Assembly (NCBI GenBank): GCA_964016885.1
Contig: OZ024755.1
Location: 23,498,001 to 23,562,000, forward strand
Length of the DNA stretch: 64,000 nucleotides
Direction: 5' to 3'
From: Eledone cirrhosa
Taxonomy: Eukaryota
Shown one piece after another: positions 13,953 to 27,729 of the stretch (the first letter of the stretch is position 1; every line of letters starts with the position of its first letter). The notes below the pieces were generated by a model that saw only the letters and a program-made list of their open reading frames with translations, was not told the origin of the DNA and did no database searches. A program made the position numbers and the translations under genes.

Positions 13953-15979
13953 CGTTAGTGATGATAAATGTACCCTTGACCTCAAAATGGTTATTTTCCC
14001 ATAAATATGTTTTCCTAAATTGCTTGAAAAATGAAAATAAAATACTTCACCCTTTCTCATTACATTCTCTAGTTTATTTTCCACCTATAAATATATCCTA
14101 TCGTTTTATTATTCTGACAGGCATTCCTAGCAACATTCTATCAGTTACTAAATCACAATCTCAATAAATAAATGTTGATAAATACATAAGTACAGAATGA
14201 GATTTTGTGATTTTGTAAACAAAGGTAAAAGGCAGCAAATTGACAAAGTCATTAGAACACCGGATAGAATGCTTTATGGTATTTGTTCCGGCTCACTGTT
14301 GCCTTTCGTCCTTTCGAGGTCGATAAAAAAAAGTACCAGTCTAGTACTGGGGTCGATTCTGCCTCAATGGAAGAAAACTGCTGTACTCAGGCCTGGAGAG
14401 GGATGGGCTGCGCCAGGCTGAAAATGCCCAAGAAACACTGTATGTCAATTTGGTGCCCTATGACTTATCAGGAATTATGGGACCATACATACATTCATAC
14501 AAACAAAGGTATCTACTTTGTGAGCAATATAAGCATAGGCATGGCCGTGTGGGTAAGAAGTTTTCTTACCCCATTGGGAATGAAATTTGGTAGAAGTAAA
14601 CTGTGCAGAACTTGTTATATATATATATATAAATGGCTTCTACAGGACTAAAACTGTTTCATTCAAAGGAAATCACCAGGAAAGCCCTGATGATTTTCTT
14701 CAAAGCATTTAAACCGGCCATATCCGGCCAGAATTCTCTCACTTTTTTCTGTTCAAACTGGCCGTAACTGGCTTCTCATACCGATGTTGAGGTATTGTTC
14801 TCAAAATAAATAATATCAAAATCTCATAGATTCGATATTATGTGAGATAAAGATTCGATATTATATAAGATAAAGCCTGTACTACAAAAATACAATAGTA
14901 AATATAGAGTAATGTAAATGGTAAAGGGGAATAGTAATTCTGGAAATCCAGTATTTAATAAACTCAAAGATTACACACACACATCATCATAATTTGTTTT
15001 TCCTACTGACATGAGATGGACAAGGCTGTAATACACATCATATCTAATATTACATTAGAGAGAGAGAGAGAATGGTAAAAGTTGTTTCTTTCAGACTAAA
15101 TTATTAAATGGGTCAAAATTGCAAGCCTTTTTTTTTCCACCTCCATTTGGTTAAATGAACTTGAGAAAAATGAATCTGGAAGTGAGAATTGAGCTAAAAC
15201 ATCTAAAAAAAAAAAAAAATAGTGAAATACACAAGCCAGAGAGAACAAACATTTCAGAAATAACATTAGGAGTTAAGAGTAAAATACACAAGTATTCTAA
15301 TATAGAGTATAGTACAAACAACGAGAATTGTCTTAAAAAATATTATCAGGATGCTACCATACTTGCTAGCATTTTAACTGTAACAAAAATCCATTTTTGT
15401 TTAAAATATTTTCTCAATGACCAAACTAAAAGCAATTTTGTAATTTCTTTAGTACCCAAGTTATTTCAGTGTAATTGAGAACCGTTGGCATATGATAACA
15501 TACTTCACATTTACAATTCTCCTGTAAACAAGGCTGATGTGTGTACTTTAAAACAACAACCAATGTTAACACATGAAAACTATGTTGTCTGAAATATTTA
15601 GTCATAATTGAACCATTCAACATCTTCTTAAAATATTAAAGAATTATAACTTATTTAATTAGACCTGTGTTAGGGTTAGATAAAATGAGAAAAACAATAT
15701 AGATTCGATATTATGAGATAATTATGTGAGGTAAAGACTTTACCATACCACGAAAATACAATAGTAAATATAGAGTAAAGCTAAAGGATTAACTTCTGTT
15801 CCATAACATTGAAAACTCCATAGAGTTCAATAGGGTTCAATATAGTGGGATAGTTTGAAAATATTTTCATAGAAACCTTACTAAAGGATTAATATGCCAG
15901 TTTACTTTTATTGAATATTGACTATGTTGTCCATTTCTATTATGTGTCAATGAACCACTGCTTCCTGTTTCTATGGTTG

Positions 15980-16365
15980 CTTTTCTATATATTTCTATAG
16001 TAACCTCATTAAACCCCTCTCTATATATTCCTATAGTAGTCGCGTTAAACCCCTCTCTATATATTTCTATAGTAGCTCCATTAAACCCCTTTATATATAT
16101 CTATAGCAGCTCCATAAAACTTCTTTATATATTTCTGTAGTAGCCTCATAAAACCCCTCTCTCTCTCTCTATATATATATATATATCTATAGTAGCTCCA
16201 TTAAACCCCTCTATATATTTCTATAGTAGCCTCATTAAACCCCTCTCTATATATTTCTGTAGTAGCCTCATTAAACCTCTCTCTATATATATATTTCTAT
16301 AGTAGCCTCATTAAGCCCCTCTCTATATATTTCTGTAGTAGTCTCATTAAACCCCTCTATATCTT
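15980..16365. repeat. Minisatellite, unit about 30-33 bp
   Basis: About 11 copies of TATATTTCTATAGTAGCCTCATTAAACCCCTCTC with variable CT/TA length. Confidence 0.9.
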
Positions 16366-16429
16366 TCTTTTTTATTCCTCCTATAACTGTTTCATTAAGC
16401 CATTGTATTGCTTCCCTCTATTTCTCTAG

Positions 16430-16550
16430 CTGTCTCATTGTGTCATGCTGATTCCTGTTATTCCTATGCACAGTATAAATGCCAGAAAGAATTGAGTGAT
16501 GTTATTGAGGCAGGAAAATATCCTGAACCTAATTATAAATACAGCTGTGG
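16430..16550 (+). CDS. Nested antisense gene, exon A: end of signal peptide and Cys1-3 of a small six-Cys secreted protein
   Basis: Acceptor cttccctctatttctctAG, donor GG|GTAAGT. Translates (A)VSLCHA-DSCYSYAQYKCQKELSDVIEAGKYPEPNYKYSC(G). Phase 1 in, phase 2 out. Confidence 0.8.
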
Positions 16551-18359
16551 GTAAGTTATAATATCTTCATTACTCAACATTAATAATGATTTCTAATTTA
16601 GGCATAAGACCAACAATTTGTGGGGAGTGAAAAGTCGATTATACTGACCTCAGTACGCGACTCATACTTTATTTTAATGAAAGGTACAGTTGATGTTGGG
16701 ATTTGAACTCAGAATGTAAAAGACGATATTACTCAACATTAATAATAATTTCTAATTTAAGCACAAGGCCACAATTTGTCAGGAGGAAAAAGCCAGTTAT
16801 ATCTGCACCTCCCAAGGTTATATTCAGATAAATACTTTAGCACATGGCTAGGTGGTTAGAGTGTTGGGCTCACAATTGTGAGGTTGTGAGTTTTATTCTC
16901 AGATCAGGTGGTGCATTGTGTCCTTCAGCAAGACACTTTATTTTATATTGCTTCAGTTCACTCAACCTCTAAAATTGAGTTGCGATGTTATTGGTGCTGA
17001 GCTGTATCAGCTTTTGTCTCTCTCTTGAACATGAGTGGCGTCGAGAGGGGGTATATGCATGCATGGGTGACTGCTGGTCTTCCACAAAATACAATTTGCC
17101 CAGGTTTGTGCCTCGGAGTAAACACACTGACCACAGGTTTACACACTTTATGGGTGCAATGACCAAAGGGGGTAAATGATGAGTACATGTCGCCAAAGAA
17201 TTGAAGGAAAAGACACTGTGTTGCATAATAGAATTATCTACAAAAACAACGGGATACTAGGTTGCCCTTATGTGGGTGATTGGCTATTTCTATAATTCCA
17301 AATGGCCATAATATAACAGTACTGGTTTGGAACTAATCAATAACAATCTATTTCTAAAGCCAAGTTACTTAATAATCTACATATTACTTATTATTGGAAT
17401 GTAATTTAGATCAGGTTGGACTAATATTGATTTCTTTTGATTAAGTACAAGGCTACATTTTGATAGTAATAATAATATAATTAATTAATGGTAGTTATTT
17501 AATAACTAATGGTGGAATTCCTGGATAGATTTTACGGGCAAAACCAATCAGCAGGAGACCCAAGGGTAGACCCTGAGCAAAATGGTTGGATAACATCCAT
17601 GAGCTTGGCAGGAGTCGCTTGGGAATCCAGCTGGATCAGTTGGAGATGGTTGATTCTGATAGGACCTGCTGCAAGAGTATTTGAGGACTCTGCCCCCACG
17701 ACCCTCTCAGGAATAAGTGGACGACAAAGAAGAAGAATGGTGGATGAAACAAAATACTACAATACTTAATTCATTACTCTATAATCTGAGCCTTCTTATG
17801 GCCAATATTATATGTTAACCCTTTAGCATTTAAACTGGCTGTATCTGGCCAGAATTCTCTCACCTCTTTCTGGCCGTAACGGGTCGCTTATACTGATCTT
17901 CAGGTATTTCTCTCAAAATAAATAATATCAAAATCTCATAGATTTGATATCATGCGAGATAATTATGAGATAAAGCCTTTATCACAAAAATACAACAGTA
18001 TATATAGAATGATGTAAATGCTAAAGGGTTAAACATAGTATTACACACAACTCCACACAAATAGATATATTATATATAATGATTTTGAAGAGTTCTCTAC
18101 AAAGGTATTGAATGCTACATCTTTTGTAGTAGAATGAAACATATGTTAATCAAATAAATAATGTATAAATGTGTTAAACCTTGGTAATCCCTTCATTTTT
18201 ATAAATGCTTCGTGATTTGTAAATCTACAATGACCAGAAATCTACTAATTGGATTTATCTCTGAATTGTCTTTTGCCAATCTGGATGTTGACAAAATTAC
18301 ATTAGAGCTTTAAATATCTGAATACCTTATACAGTTGTTTATTCAACTCATATAATTTA

Positions 18360-18410
<51 letters not shown>

Positions 18411-18703
18411 ATTTAGTCAGTAATATACATTTCATCTCAATGAATGATATTGCTTAGAACATAACTCAGAGAAGCTTATAAATACAAATATAAAACCATC
18501 TCGATTAATATATATATATTTTATTATTAGTACAGATTAAAGTATAAGCAAAGAATTGCTGCTTTCACCCTATTACAGGATCTTTTGTACTAATAATAAA
18601 TATTTGCTCTATGGGTTTACATATACTTTTTATTATATATATATATACATACATATACAATCCTTTTGAGCCCTCTTTGGATTTTGGTATTCATAATTAT
18701 TAT

Positions 18704-18739
<36 letters not shown>

Positions 18740-19774
18740 TTAAAGGTGCTACAAACTTGCCAAACAAAAATGACTACCTAAGTCTGTTAGCAACAGAATA
18801 ATGTTATGTATATTTAACCCCTTTGATATCAAACTGTCTAAAAACCTTTCATCATAATTTCAAGTAAGAAACCTTTCTTAAGTCTAAATTCATTATTTTC
18901 AAAATAAATTGAAAATTATAGGATGTCTCTTCCATTCAAAACATGATAAAAAGGGTTAAAATAAGAACACACACACACACACACACATATAACAGTATAT
19001 GAGACATGATAAAAACATTCTCCACCAATATCTTAGCACTCAAATTACAGAAGAGGATAAGGTAACTTATTTCTGTTTGATGTATTCTAACATATCAGTT
19101 AAGTCAGGTATTCTTCATCACCAACATACAACTAACTCAATAAAGCAATTCATTTCTTAAATATTTACCAAAGCCTTATCTTATCCAATGAAAGCTAATA
19201 CATGAAATATTTGAGAAATATTTCAAAATGTTCTTACATTCCAAACTAAGGCGTCAGAGGATAAGTAGCTGATTCAGGAGACTTTTAAGTATGAAAATGG
19301 AATTGTAAGAAATTTTGTTTTTGTGAAGACTATCTGGAGCAAGAAAAGAGATTCTAAAGAAAATTATCTATAATATATATCATCATCATTATATATATAA
19401 ATTATATAATTACACAAACCTATCTTAATGTTTAATCATATATATATATATGAAATTAAATCTTAGGATCATATTAGTAAGAAATTGTTATTTTGGGAAG
19501 ATAACAGATATTTAATTCTTAGTTTCAGATGTTTTGATAAACTGTAAGAAAGTATCTTACATAAATAATATTAATTCCTTTTAATAAAAAGTGGCTAGAA
19601 GATATGAGAATATTGACATTATTTTGCAATTTAGATTTTGTCAGTAGAAAGTTTTTCTTTAGAAATATGACAGAAGTAATAATGTACCTTTGCCTGGTTT
19701 AATGAAACAGTCATTGACACATAAGAAAACAGCTATAGGAGGAATAGAAGAGAAATATATAGAGGGTTTTTTTT

Positions 19775-19985
19775 TGTGGCAGCATCACTACCATTTGACT
19801 GTAGACTGGATGCTTTTTTTGTGACATCAACACTACCACTTTACAGTGTTGGCTGAGCATATTTTATTGTGGCACTAGCACTACCATTGTACAATGTAGG
19901 CTGAGCATATTTTATTGTGGCACCAGCACTACCATTTTACAGTGTAGGCTGAGCACATTTTATTTTGGCATCAGCACTACCAGCA
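19775..19985. repeat. Tandem repeat, unit about 46-48 bp
   Basis: 4-5 copies of GTGGCACCAGCACTACCATTTTACAGTGTAGGCTGAGCATATTTTATT. Confidence 0.85.
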
Positions 19986-20937
19986 CTATAGCAATATAAA
20001 GTCTGTTTGATTTTTTGAAAAATATCTTCAAGTTTTGCATATGATACTGAAACATGATTAAATGGTTTTTAAATAATAAACTTCACAGAATAAAATATTA
20101 AACTTCATTCTCTTTGTATTAAGTTGGAGTATAAGATTTATCTCTCATAATTTATCTTACATAATATCGAATCTATGAGATTTTAGTATTTATTTTGAGA
20201 ACAATACCATAACATCAGTATAACCGGCCGGTTACAGCCAGTATGAACAGAAAGAGGTGAGAAAATTCTGGCCAGATAAGGCCGATTTAAATGCTAAAAA
20301 GGGTTAAAGAATATAAATTTCTTTACAAAGAGCAATAAAAAAAAAAAAATTAAATGCTTTTGCCATGGTTAGGGCCATCAAAATTCCAGTAGCAACAGCT
20401 GTTAAAAATAACATTTTCCAAACAAACAACTATAATGTCATATTGAAAATCTTGGCAACAAGTAAATTGAAATTTAAAAGCACTGTTTCCGGCTATTTGC
20501 CAGATTAGAGAAAGAGAGGAGAGTCAGCATCAAATAATATTACCGACTGCTGTTTATTGACTATATTTTGATGCAATATGACAGAGGAGCTGAGAGAAGA
20601 AAGATTAATTCCCTTATGAAACTCTAATGTCCCTTTTTAAAAGGTTAGGAGGTTAGATATTGGATATGGAGAGATGAGGAGAGAGGGAGAGATGAGGAGA
20701 GAGAGCGAGAGAGATGGGGAGAGAGAGAGAGATGAGACAGAGTAGGAAGTTATGTTGTTGAGTTGGAGAGTTAGAGAAAGCTTGATTAATTAAAATCAAT
20801 AAAGATGTTTTCCGGATACATCTCACATAACAAGCAGCCTTCAACAGATGTAATTACTCAATTGTTCATTAGCTATGTCAGTACATGTGACTTGTTTCAT
20901 TTGTCAACTGTCAGGCTATTATTTTAAAATTGACATA

Positions 20938-21013
20938 CAGGGTGTCTCCAAAACATGTATACACACTTATTAGAATGCTGTTGAAGTGTGTATACATTTT
21001 TGAGGGCATCCTG
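20938..21013. mobile_element. 76-bp Tc1/mariner-type MITE (hairpin)
   Basis: TA|CAGGGTGTCTCCAAAACATGTATACACACTT...AAGTGTGTATACATTTTTGAGGGCATCCTG|TA, with a TA TSD. Confidence 0.8.
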
Positions 21014-21889
21014 TATTGTCATTTGTGAGTAGTTAAAAGTTTGGTTAGAAATATGTCAGCAGTGATTATTTTTATGTTATTGTTTCTATAATTGAATGAT
21101 GCTAAAGATTTTTAGAATTATGTTGTGATAGAAAAATATGAATTGACATATTTGAGCATATTCAAGGAAAATTCTCATTAACCCCCCCCCCCATTTTCCC
21201 AAGATAAATACATTATCAAAATGTTCTGTATTTCCACACTTCGAAAATTTCTACAGAAAATTTAGTTTATTTATTTTAAAAACTTCCAAAAATATTGTAT
21301 TTGTGAATTAAACACGTTTTTAGTCTCCCAAATTCTACAAAGTACATTTGAAAAAATCAAATAGAAATAAAACCCTACACTGCCTATATTGACTTCTCCA
21401 TTTTACACTCCCTACTCAATATTCAACAATTCCCAACTCTATATTTACCCCTTTCTCCCATAGTTTCCTTTTCTCTCATTCTTCTTCTCCCTATAGTTCC
21501 TCCTTTTTTTATTTTCTCTTCACTTCATTCCTACATTAGTTGATACATGAAAATAGAAAATCATATTCTTGTTAATTGAATTGTTTATTGGGACCACACA
21601 TTTCTAAGAAATCCCCCCCTTTTTTTTTTCTGAAACAAAATTTGAATCCCCATTAAAGCTAGAGAATAAATAAGCTAATTAGAATATTTAAAAGGTTTGC
21701 AAATAAAATGTTATTATATTTCAAGAAACCATGACTGAGCAATTTTATTTGATGTTCAACATATCTTCAAATTTTGTAGTTTATAGTGCAGTATATTTTA
21801 TAATAATAATAATTGTTTCTACTTTAGGCACAAGGTCAGCAATTACCCATTATTGTGTACAGTGCTCAGGTGCACTACAACTCATCAAT

Positions 21890-22082
21890 AGTATAGTATA
21901 TTTTATAGTTTATAGAATGGTAAATTTTATAGTTTATAGTATAGTAAATTTATATAGCATAGTATAGTTTGTAGTTTATAGTACAGCATAGTTTATACTA
22001 TAGAATAGTTTGTAGTCTACAGTGTAGTATATTTTGTAGTTTATAGTATAGTATATTTTGTAGTTTATAGTATAGTATATTT
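21890..22082. repeat. Minisatellite, unit about 24 bp
   Basis: Tandem TAGTATAGTATATTTTGTAGTTTA. Confidence 0.9.
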
Positions 22083-22120
22083 TCTCTTCCAAAAATTCTA
22101 AAACAGTTTCTACTTTCCAG

Positions 22121-22260
22121 GAACTTCACTAAATTATCAAAATGTATCATACACAACATTGACATATGCATAAAAAGAGGAGAGAAAAATGATAGCCATA
22201 TATTCATAGGAGATGTTGTTAAACATTATACATCAGATCCATTTAATTGTCCAAAAGTTG
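22121..22260 (+). CDS. Nested antisense gene, exon B: Cys4-6
   Basis: Acceptor tttctactttccAG, donor TTG|GTAAGT. Translates (G)NFTKLSKCIIHNIDICIKRGEKNDSHIFIGDVVKHYTSDPFNCPKV(D). Phase 2 in, matching exon A; phase 1 out. Confidence 0.8.
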
Positions 22261-22636
22261 GTAAGTATTCAAATGAGATTTTAATTTTCATAACATGCAT
22301 GAAATATTTGTATTAAGTAAATGATATAGGCAATTAAAGATACATACATTTTATTCCTCTGTGACTTAATAGTAAAATAATAGTGTTCATAATATTATAA
22401 ATATACATATTCTTCAAAATACAGTGAAATTCCGTTATAATGAAATTCTCATTATAATGGTATTGTTATAACGGAATTTTACCTATATTCCAAATATACA
22501 TATTCTTCATAATATTCCAAATATAGACATTCTTCATAATGTTCCAAATATACATAGTTTGTGACTATATTTTTGTTTTTATTCATTTCAAATTTGTTAA
22601 ATAAAGCATTGATGGTTTTTCAATTTTAAGTTTCAG

Positions 22637-22740
22637 ATTTTTGGCCAAGAAGTGATGCTAACAGTGCTTTAAAGACACCCTGGATTCTACCTGTAGTGTC
22701 TGCCATGTATCTGACCAAGTATTTATGCAACTACATCTGA
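22637..22740 (+). CDS. Nested antisense gene, terminal exon C: putative GPI-anchor signal
   Basis: Acceptor ttttaagtttcAG. Phase 1 matches exon B. Translates (D)FWPRSDANSALKTPWILPVVSAMYLTKYLCNYI*, i.e. a small-residue cluster followed by a hydrophobic tail. TGA ends at 22740. AATAAA signals lie near 23165-23262. Confidence 0.72.
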
Positions 22741-24579
22741 CATTGAATTCCAGTGCCATGGAATGGCTTTAATCTTGCTATACAGTAAATGTGTTGTATA
22801 TATATATATATATCTGAGCAAGTGTGTGTATGTGTGTTTGTGTAAGCACATAAAAAAAAACCCCAGAAAGTTTTCAAGAGAAACAGTTTTCATTTTTTTT
22901 TCTTTACACAAATCACTAAGCTAGTAACATCTGAATATTAATTAATAACACCTTATTAGTCTATGTCCTATGTTCTAACTGATCACATCCAAAGAAACAC
23001 TAATTGAGCTCTACATATGGTTGTACAGTGGAGGTGTAATATGCTTGAAATAGGAGTAATTTTGTCATGCATGATTCAACCTATATTTCCCAAGAAAGGG
23101 TTAATAACCTATCTGTGATATCACAAAACTGTCTTGTTTCACGTAGAGAGTGAAAAACCAAAAGAATAAAGAAACCTTTCACACTGAAACTGCAGAATAT
23201 TCCTATTCATTATAGACAATACCTCTTGGAGAAATAAACAGAAATAATAGTGTTAAAATAAAAAAGTTTTCAATGTTTTCTTTATATTGTCTAATATAAT
23301 ATAATTTCTTATTTGGATTTATTGGACGAGACTGGAAAATTGAGAAAATTTCTCAAATAATTTCTTTACTGATTCTACCCATTTACAGAATGTCTATTAA
23401 ATTAGAAACTGTTATTGCAAATATTTGGTTGTTCTCACTTGGGGATCCAGCAGGATCAGTTGGAGATGGTTGCTTCTGAGAGGACCCACTGGAAGGAGTG
23501 GTTGAGGACTCAGACCCCACAACCCTCTCAGGAATAAGTAAGTGAGTGAAGAAGTGTTAGTTCTCTTTTCACCAAAATTTAATAACTGTCTATTTGATTC
23601 TTAACATTGAGATCTTTTATTAAAAGTATATTTCTGGAGATGATTTTTATAATCAAACTTAGGAAGGTGAAAATGAAGAAGAAATGGGGCTATAGTGAAG
23701 TCTACCAAATGTCAAAATCTATTCATTAACACTATTCATCTGCTCTTTCTTTATCTGGTTCACATATTATATATGCACCACTGATACTAAAACACATCTG
23801 CACAAGATGTTATCACTTAACAACATTTAAGTATGACTAGTAACAGAAAAGTGTTCCATATATATATCTACTTATAAAGCAATAAATCCACTAGGTGTTA
23901 GGTCAAAGTAGACATACTCAAGATGTCTTAGAATCTTTACTCTATACCAATGATACAATACTGGTAATGTATAAAGAAAATATTATCAGAGAGAGGGCAG
24001 AAATTGGCAGAGTTTTTAGAACATCAAAAAGAGTGCTTTGCAATATATGTTCTGGCTCTCTGAACTCTGAGTTCAACTTTGCCTTTCATCCTTTCAAGGT
24101 CGATAAAAAAAAGTACCAGTCCATTACTGGGGTTGAGTTTTCCTCTATCTCTCTTTTACATTCCTTGGAAAAAAATCAGCTGTGTTCAAACCTGGAGAGG
24201 GATGGGCTTGTCAAGTTTAAAGTGCCCAAGAAACACTGTATGTCACTACAGAACCCATATGACTATCAGAGGTTACAGGTCCACACACACATAATCAGAG
24301 AGAGAAGAATTATTACTCAAAAGCATCTTAAAACTATTCCATACCATAATAAATAGTCTGTAGCAGCAAATGTCTTCTCAAACACATTGATAATTTAAAT
24401 AAAAAAAAAAAAAAAACATTTTGTCATGTAGCATCTAGTTGTATCTTCAGATCAGATGATTATATTTAATTATTGGTTTGTGTGTGAGATTTATGAATTT
24501 TAAAAATGTAGGAAGGGCATCCAGTTGTAGAAAATCTGTCAAACAAAGGGTCGAGAGAACTATTTAGCTGTGTCAAGGG

Positions 24580-24765
24580 CGGTGGATTGGCAGTATCAGT
24601 AGAGAGTTACGGCCCTTTACGGTCTGAGATCAAATCCCGCCAAGGTTAACTTTGCCTTTCATCCTTACGGGGTTGATAAAATAAAGTACCAGTAACGTAC
24701 TGGCGCTGATTTAATCGACTTTCCCCTCACCCCTAAATTACTTGTGCCTATACTAGAAATCATTA
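24580..24765 (+). mobile_element. tRNA-derived SINE with Nin/Deu-like core, representative copy
   Basis: Head ggcggtggattggcagtatc... and core GCCTTTCATCCTTACGGGGTTGATAAAATAAAGTACCAG. Other copies at about 1525-1685, 10040-10200, 14225-14490, 23995-24290, 30015-30212, 33658-33870, 41840-42185, 49095-49262, 51100-51286, 53625-53840 and 56828-57140. Confidence 0.75.
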
Positions 24766-25948
24766 TACAAACCCATAAAACAAGTATTTGTTAATAAAAT
24801 TAAAAAGAAAACTCAAAGTCATGATATAATTTTTATCTTTTAAATCATACATCTAGGGAATTCTAGCAAAATAGCAACAGTTATCAAAATCTAATCTGGC
24901 AATAAGATTACCATTAAATGTACTTCATTTTACTGTCATATTGAAACATTCCAAAGTTATTAAAAGTAAATTTGATTGGTTGAAAAAGTAATACTTGCAT
25001 TGAAGTCTCACCTGGTGCTATGGGGTGATGAAGACCTAGCCACAGGCATACAATGTGACATGACCCCAGTACCACTCCTTAGCTACTCCCCACCTCTAAA
25101 GCTCTTAGATACTCTTACTACAGAACCCTTGTAGCTATTCTCTCTTTAACCCCCTGCACTTCCTCCACAACCACACTTTAGTTATTTCTCCATCAACCCC
25201 CAGCACCAAATCCCCTCTCCCCACATACAATCAGTCACATCTTCCTCTTATCACCCTGCCAAATAACCACACTCGCCATACATCCATAACTTTATACCTA
25301 TCTCCCTCTCCCTATGCACCCCTCATAAACTCCATGAAGTAAAGAGGGCTCTTCAGTTGGGATTCTGACTAACAGCCTGTCTAATGACAGTGCTACGGAA
25401 ATGCACCCGGTGGCACGACAGGAAGGGCACCCTGCGGTAGAAACCATGCCTAAAAAGGTTGAGAGGACCCATCAGTTGTGTCAATGGCACAACCACCTCT
25501 CTAGTGTTGGTGATGTACATGATAAATACACCCAGTACATGCTGTAAAGTGGTTTATGGTAGGAAGGACATCCAGCCATAAATAACTAAACAAAAAAAAA
25601 GCATTTGTATTAAATGTGAGCAAATATAGACAAATAACCAGACCATAACATTTTCACACTTTTTGTCCTTTATTTCTAAGTTGTCTACTTACAGTTAGTA
25701 ACAGAAGAACTAAAATAGAACAAGAGAAATTTTAATGATAAAATGTGGGGCAGTTTTAGTGGCTGTATAAAGCACAGCTTTTTAAAAGTTGACCATCAAT
25801 TGTTTGCCTATCAAGACAATGATACTTATGTCACTAAATCTATTTTATCAAACTCATCTTCAAGAAATGAAATAATTTCAATCATCTTTGCTCAAAATAC
25901 ATCATTTTATTTTCTCCTTCACAGACACATTTTAACTTTAAGTAGAGT

Positions 25949-25993
<45 letters not shown>

Positions 25994-27581
25994 CTGAAAA
26001 TGTATATATATATATATATATATTTAAGCACGTTGTAACACCACATACAATGTCATTCTGGATAAGTACATTAACCCTTTAGCATTTAAACCGGTCGTAT
26101 CCGGCCAGAATTCTCTCACCGCTTTCGGTTCAAACCGGCCATGACCAGCCACTTATACCAACGTTAAGGTATTGTTCTCAAAATAAATAATAACATCATC
26201 AAAATCTCGCAGATTCAATATTATTTGAGATAAAGCCTTTACCACAAAAATGAAATAGTAGTGTAATGTAAATGCTAAAGGATTAAGCTAAAAAATTAAA
26301 TTAACAGATGCAGATGAAATTCAAAAAATTCAAGGGAAGCAACCTATAAGAGAGAAGAGAGGTGGTTCACAATATAACGACACTGAAACAACAGAGAACG
26401 TATTTTTGTATTTGAATGTGATTAGTGTAATTTGTATATCTATATGTATTACATTGGTTACATAGATACTGTATTGAGCTGTAAGTCATTTGAATAGTTC
26501 TAGTAGAAAATTTAACAGGAAGATACAGCATTAGAATTTAAAACAAAAACTGCCTAGAAAACCTTCCAGCTATACACTAATACAATTGAAACACGCTTCG
26601 AGTTGTTCACTGCACTTGTTGCAATAATTATGTATTTATTTAATCAATTTAAACGCCCGTATAGAGTTAGTAAGCCATGACAGACTAGGGTAAGTATCGA
26701 GTACTGGAGAGAAATTAAGTGAGCATGCTTCGATGGAAGTGTGATGTTAATATACATGAATTGTGAAGCATGCATGAATAGGCTGACAAAAAAACTGGAT
26801 ATAAAAGGAATCAAATGTAGTCTGCAAGAAAGAAGACTGCACTAGTATGGATATGAGATATGTATAGATGATTGTTTGGTGAAGAAGTGCCAAGAGTTGC
26901 TTGTGGTAAGAAACTGTAATAGAGGAAGACCAAGAAATACCTTGGGCAGAAAATATATAAACATATAATCAATTAAATTGACTCCTAATACTTATCTTAT
27001 TGACCTTGAAAGGGGTAAAAACAAAATCGATCTGATCAAAATTTGAACTCATTTGGCACAACAAAATATCATAAGATATTTCATGTTCTACTTATTCCAC
27101 CATCCAACTACCAAACACATACATACACATGTACAGTGTACCCCCAGCATTTGTGGAATTTTCAACAGAACCTAACTAATAATTGTTTGTAAATATCTTC
27201 CGCAATTTTATTAGGGCTTTTTTCATGGCAATATATATTTTTTCACACTTTTTAACACTAAATTATCAATAACAATATACTGTATTTGCCGGTCTATATT
27301 TTACGTTATGTTTTGACGTTTGTAGGCATTTTTATGGACCACACCCAATATTCCCGGTTTTTCACTCTTCATGGGTGCTCTAGGAACGTAACCCCTGTGA
27401 ATACTGGGGGGAAACTGTATATATGTGGGCTAGGAGGATTTCATGTCTTCAGTCTGTTGCATAGTTTTCTATCAGTAATGAAACATCGTTTGATTTATAT
27501 TTTTTTGTTTTTTTTTCAGTCATCTTGTCTTATTTTTTCTCTGCATTGCAAATTCCCAAATAAAGAAATTAAATCATAATA

Positions 27582-27729
27582 TACAGTGAAATTATAACGA
27601 AAAATTCTTTATAACGTATCGACCGAAACAAATTGAGCGTTTGATTGTTATTACGTCAGAGATTGAAAAAAAAAGCTATACTGAAAAATTTGTTATAATG
27701 ATATTCGTTATAACGGAATTTTACCTGTA
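27582..27729. mobile_element. pogo/Tigger-like TA-flanked MITE (shorter relative at about 22420-22486; another family at about 27132-27420)
   Basis: TA|CAGTGAAATT(CCGTT)ATAA ... TTATAACGGAATTTTACCTG|TA termini. Confidence 0.65.

Noticed and set aside
15980-16365. Regularly spaced repeats (also 19775-19985, 28182-28325 and 40435-40655) as possible CRISPR arrays
   Set aside because: Head-to-tail units without unique spacers, eukaryotic context and no cas genes; these are minisatellites.
23895-24356. 153-aa ORF and similar ORFs at 14197-14651 and 56955-57261
   Set aside because: Chance frames through copies of the same SINE, with inconsistent frames between copies.
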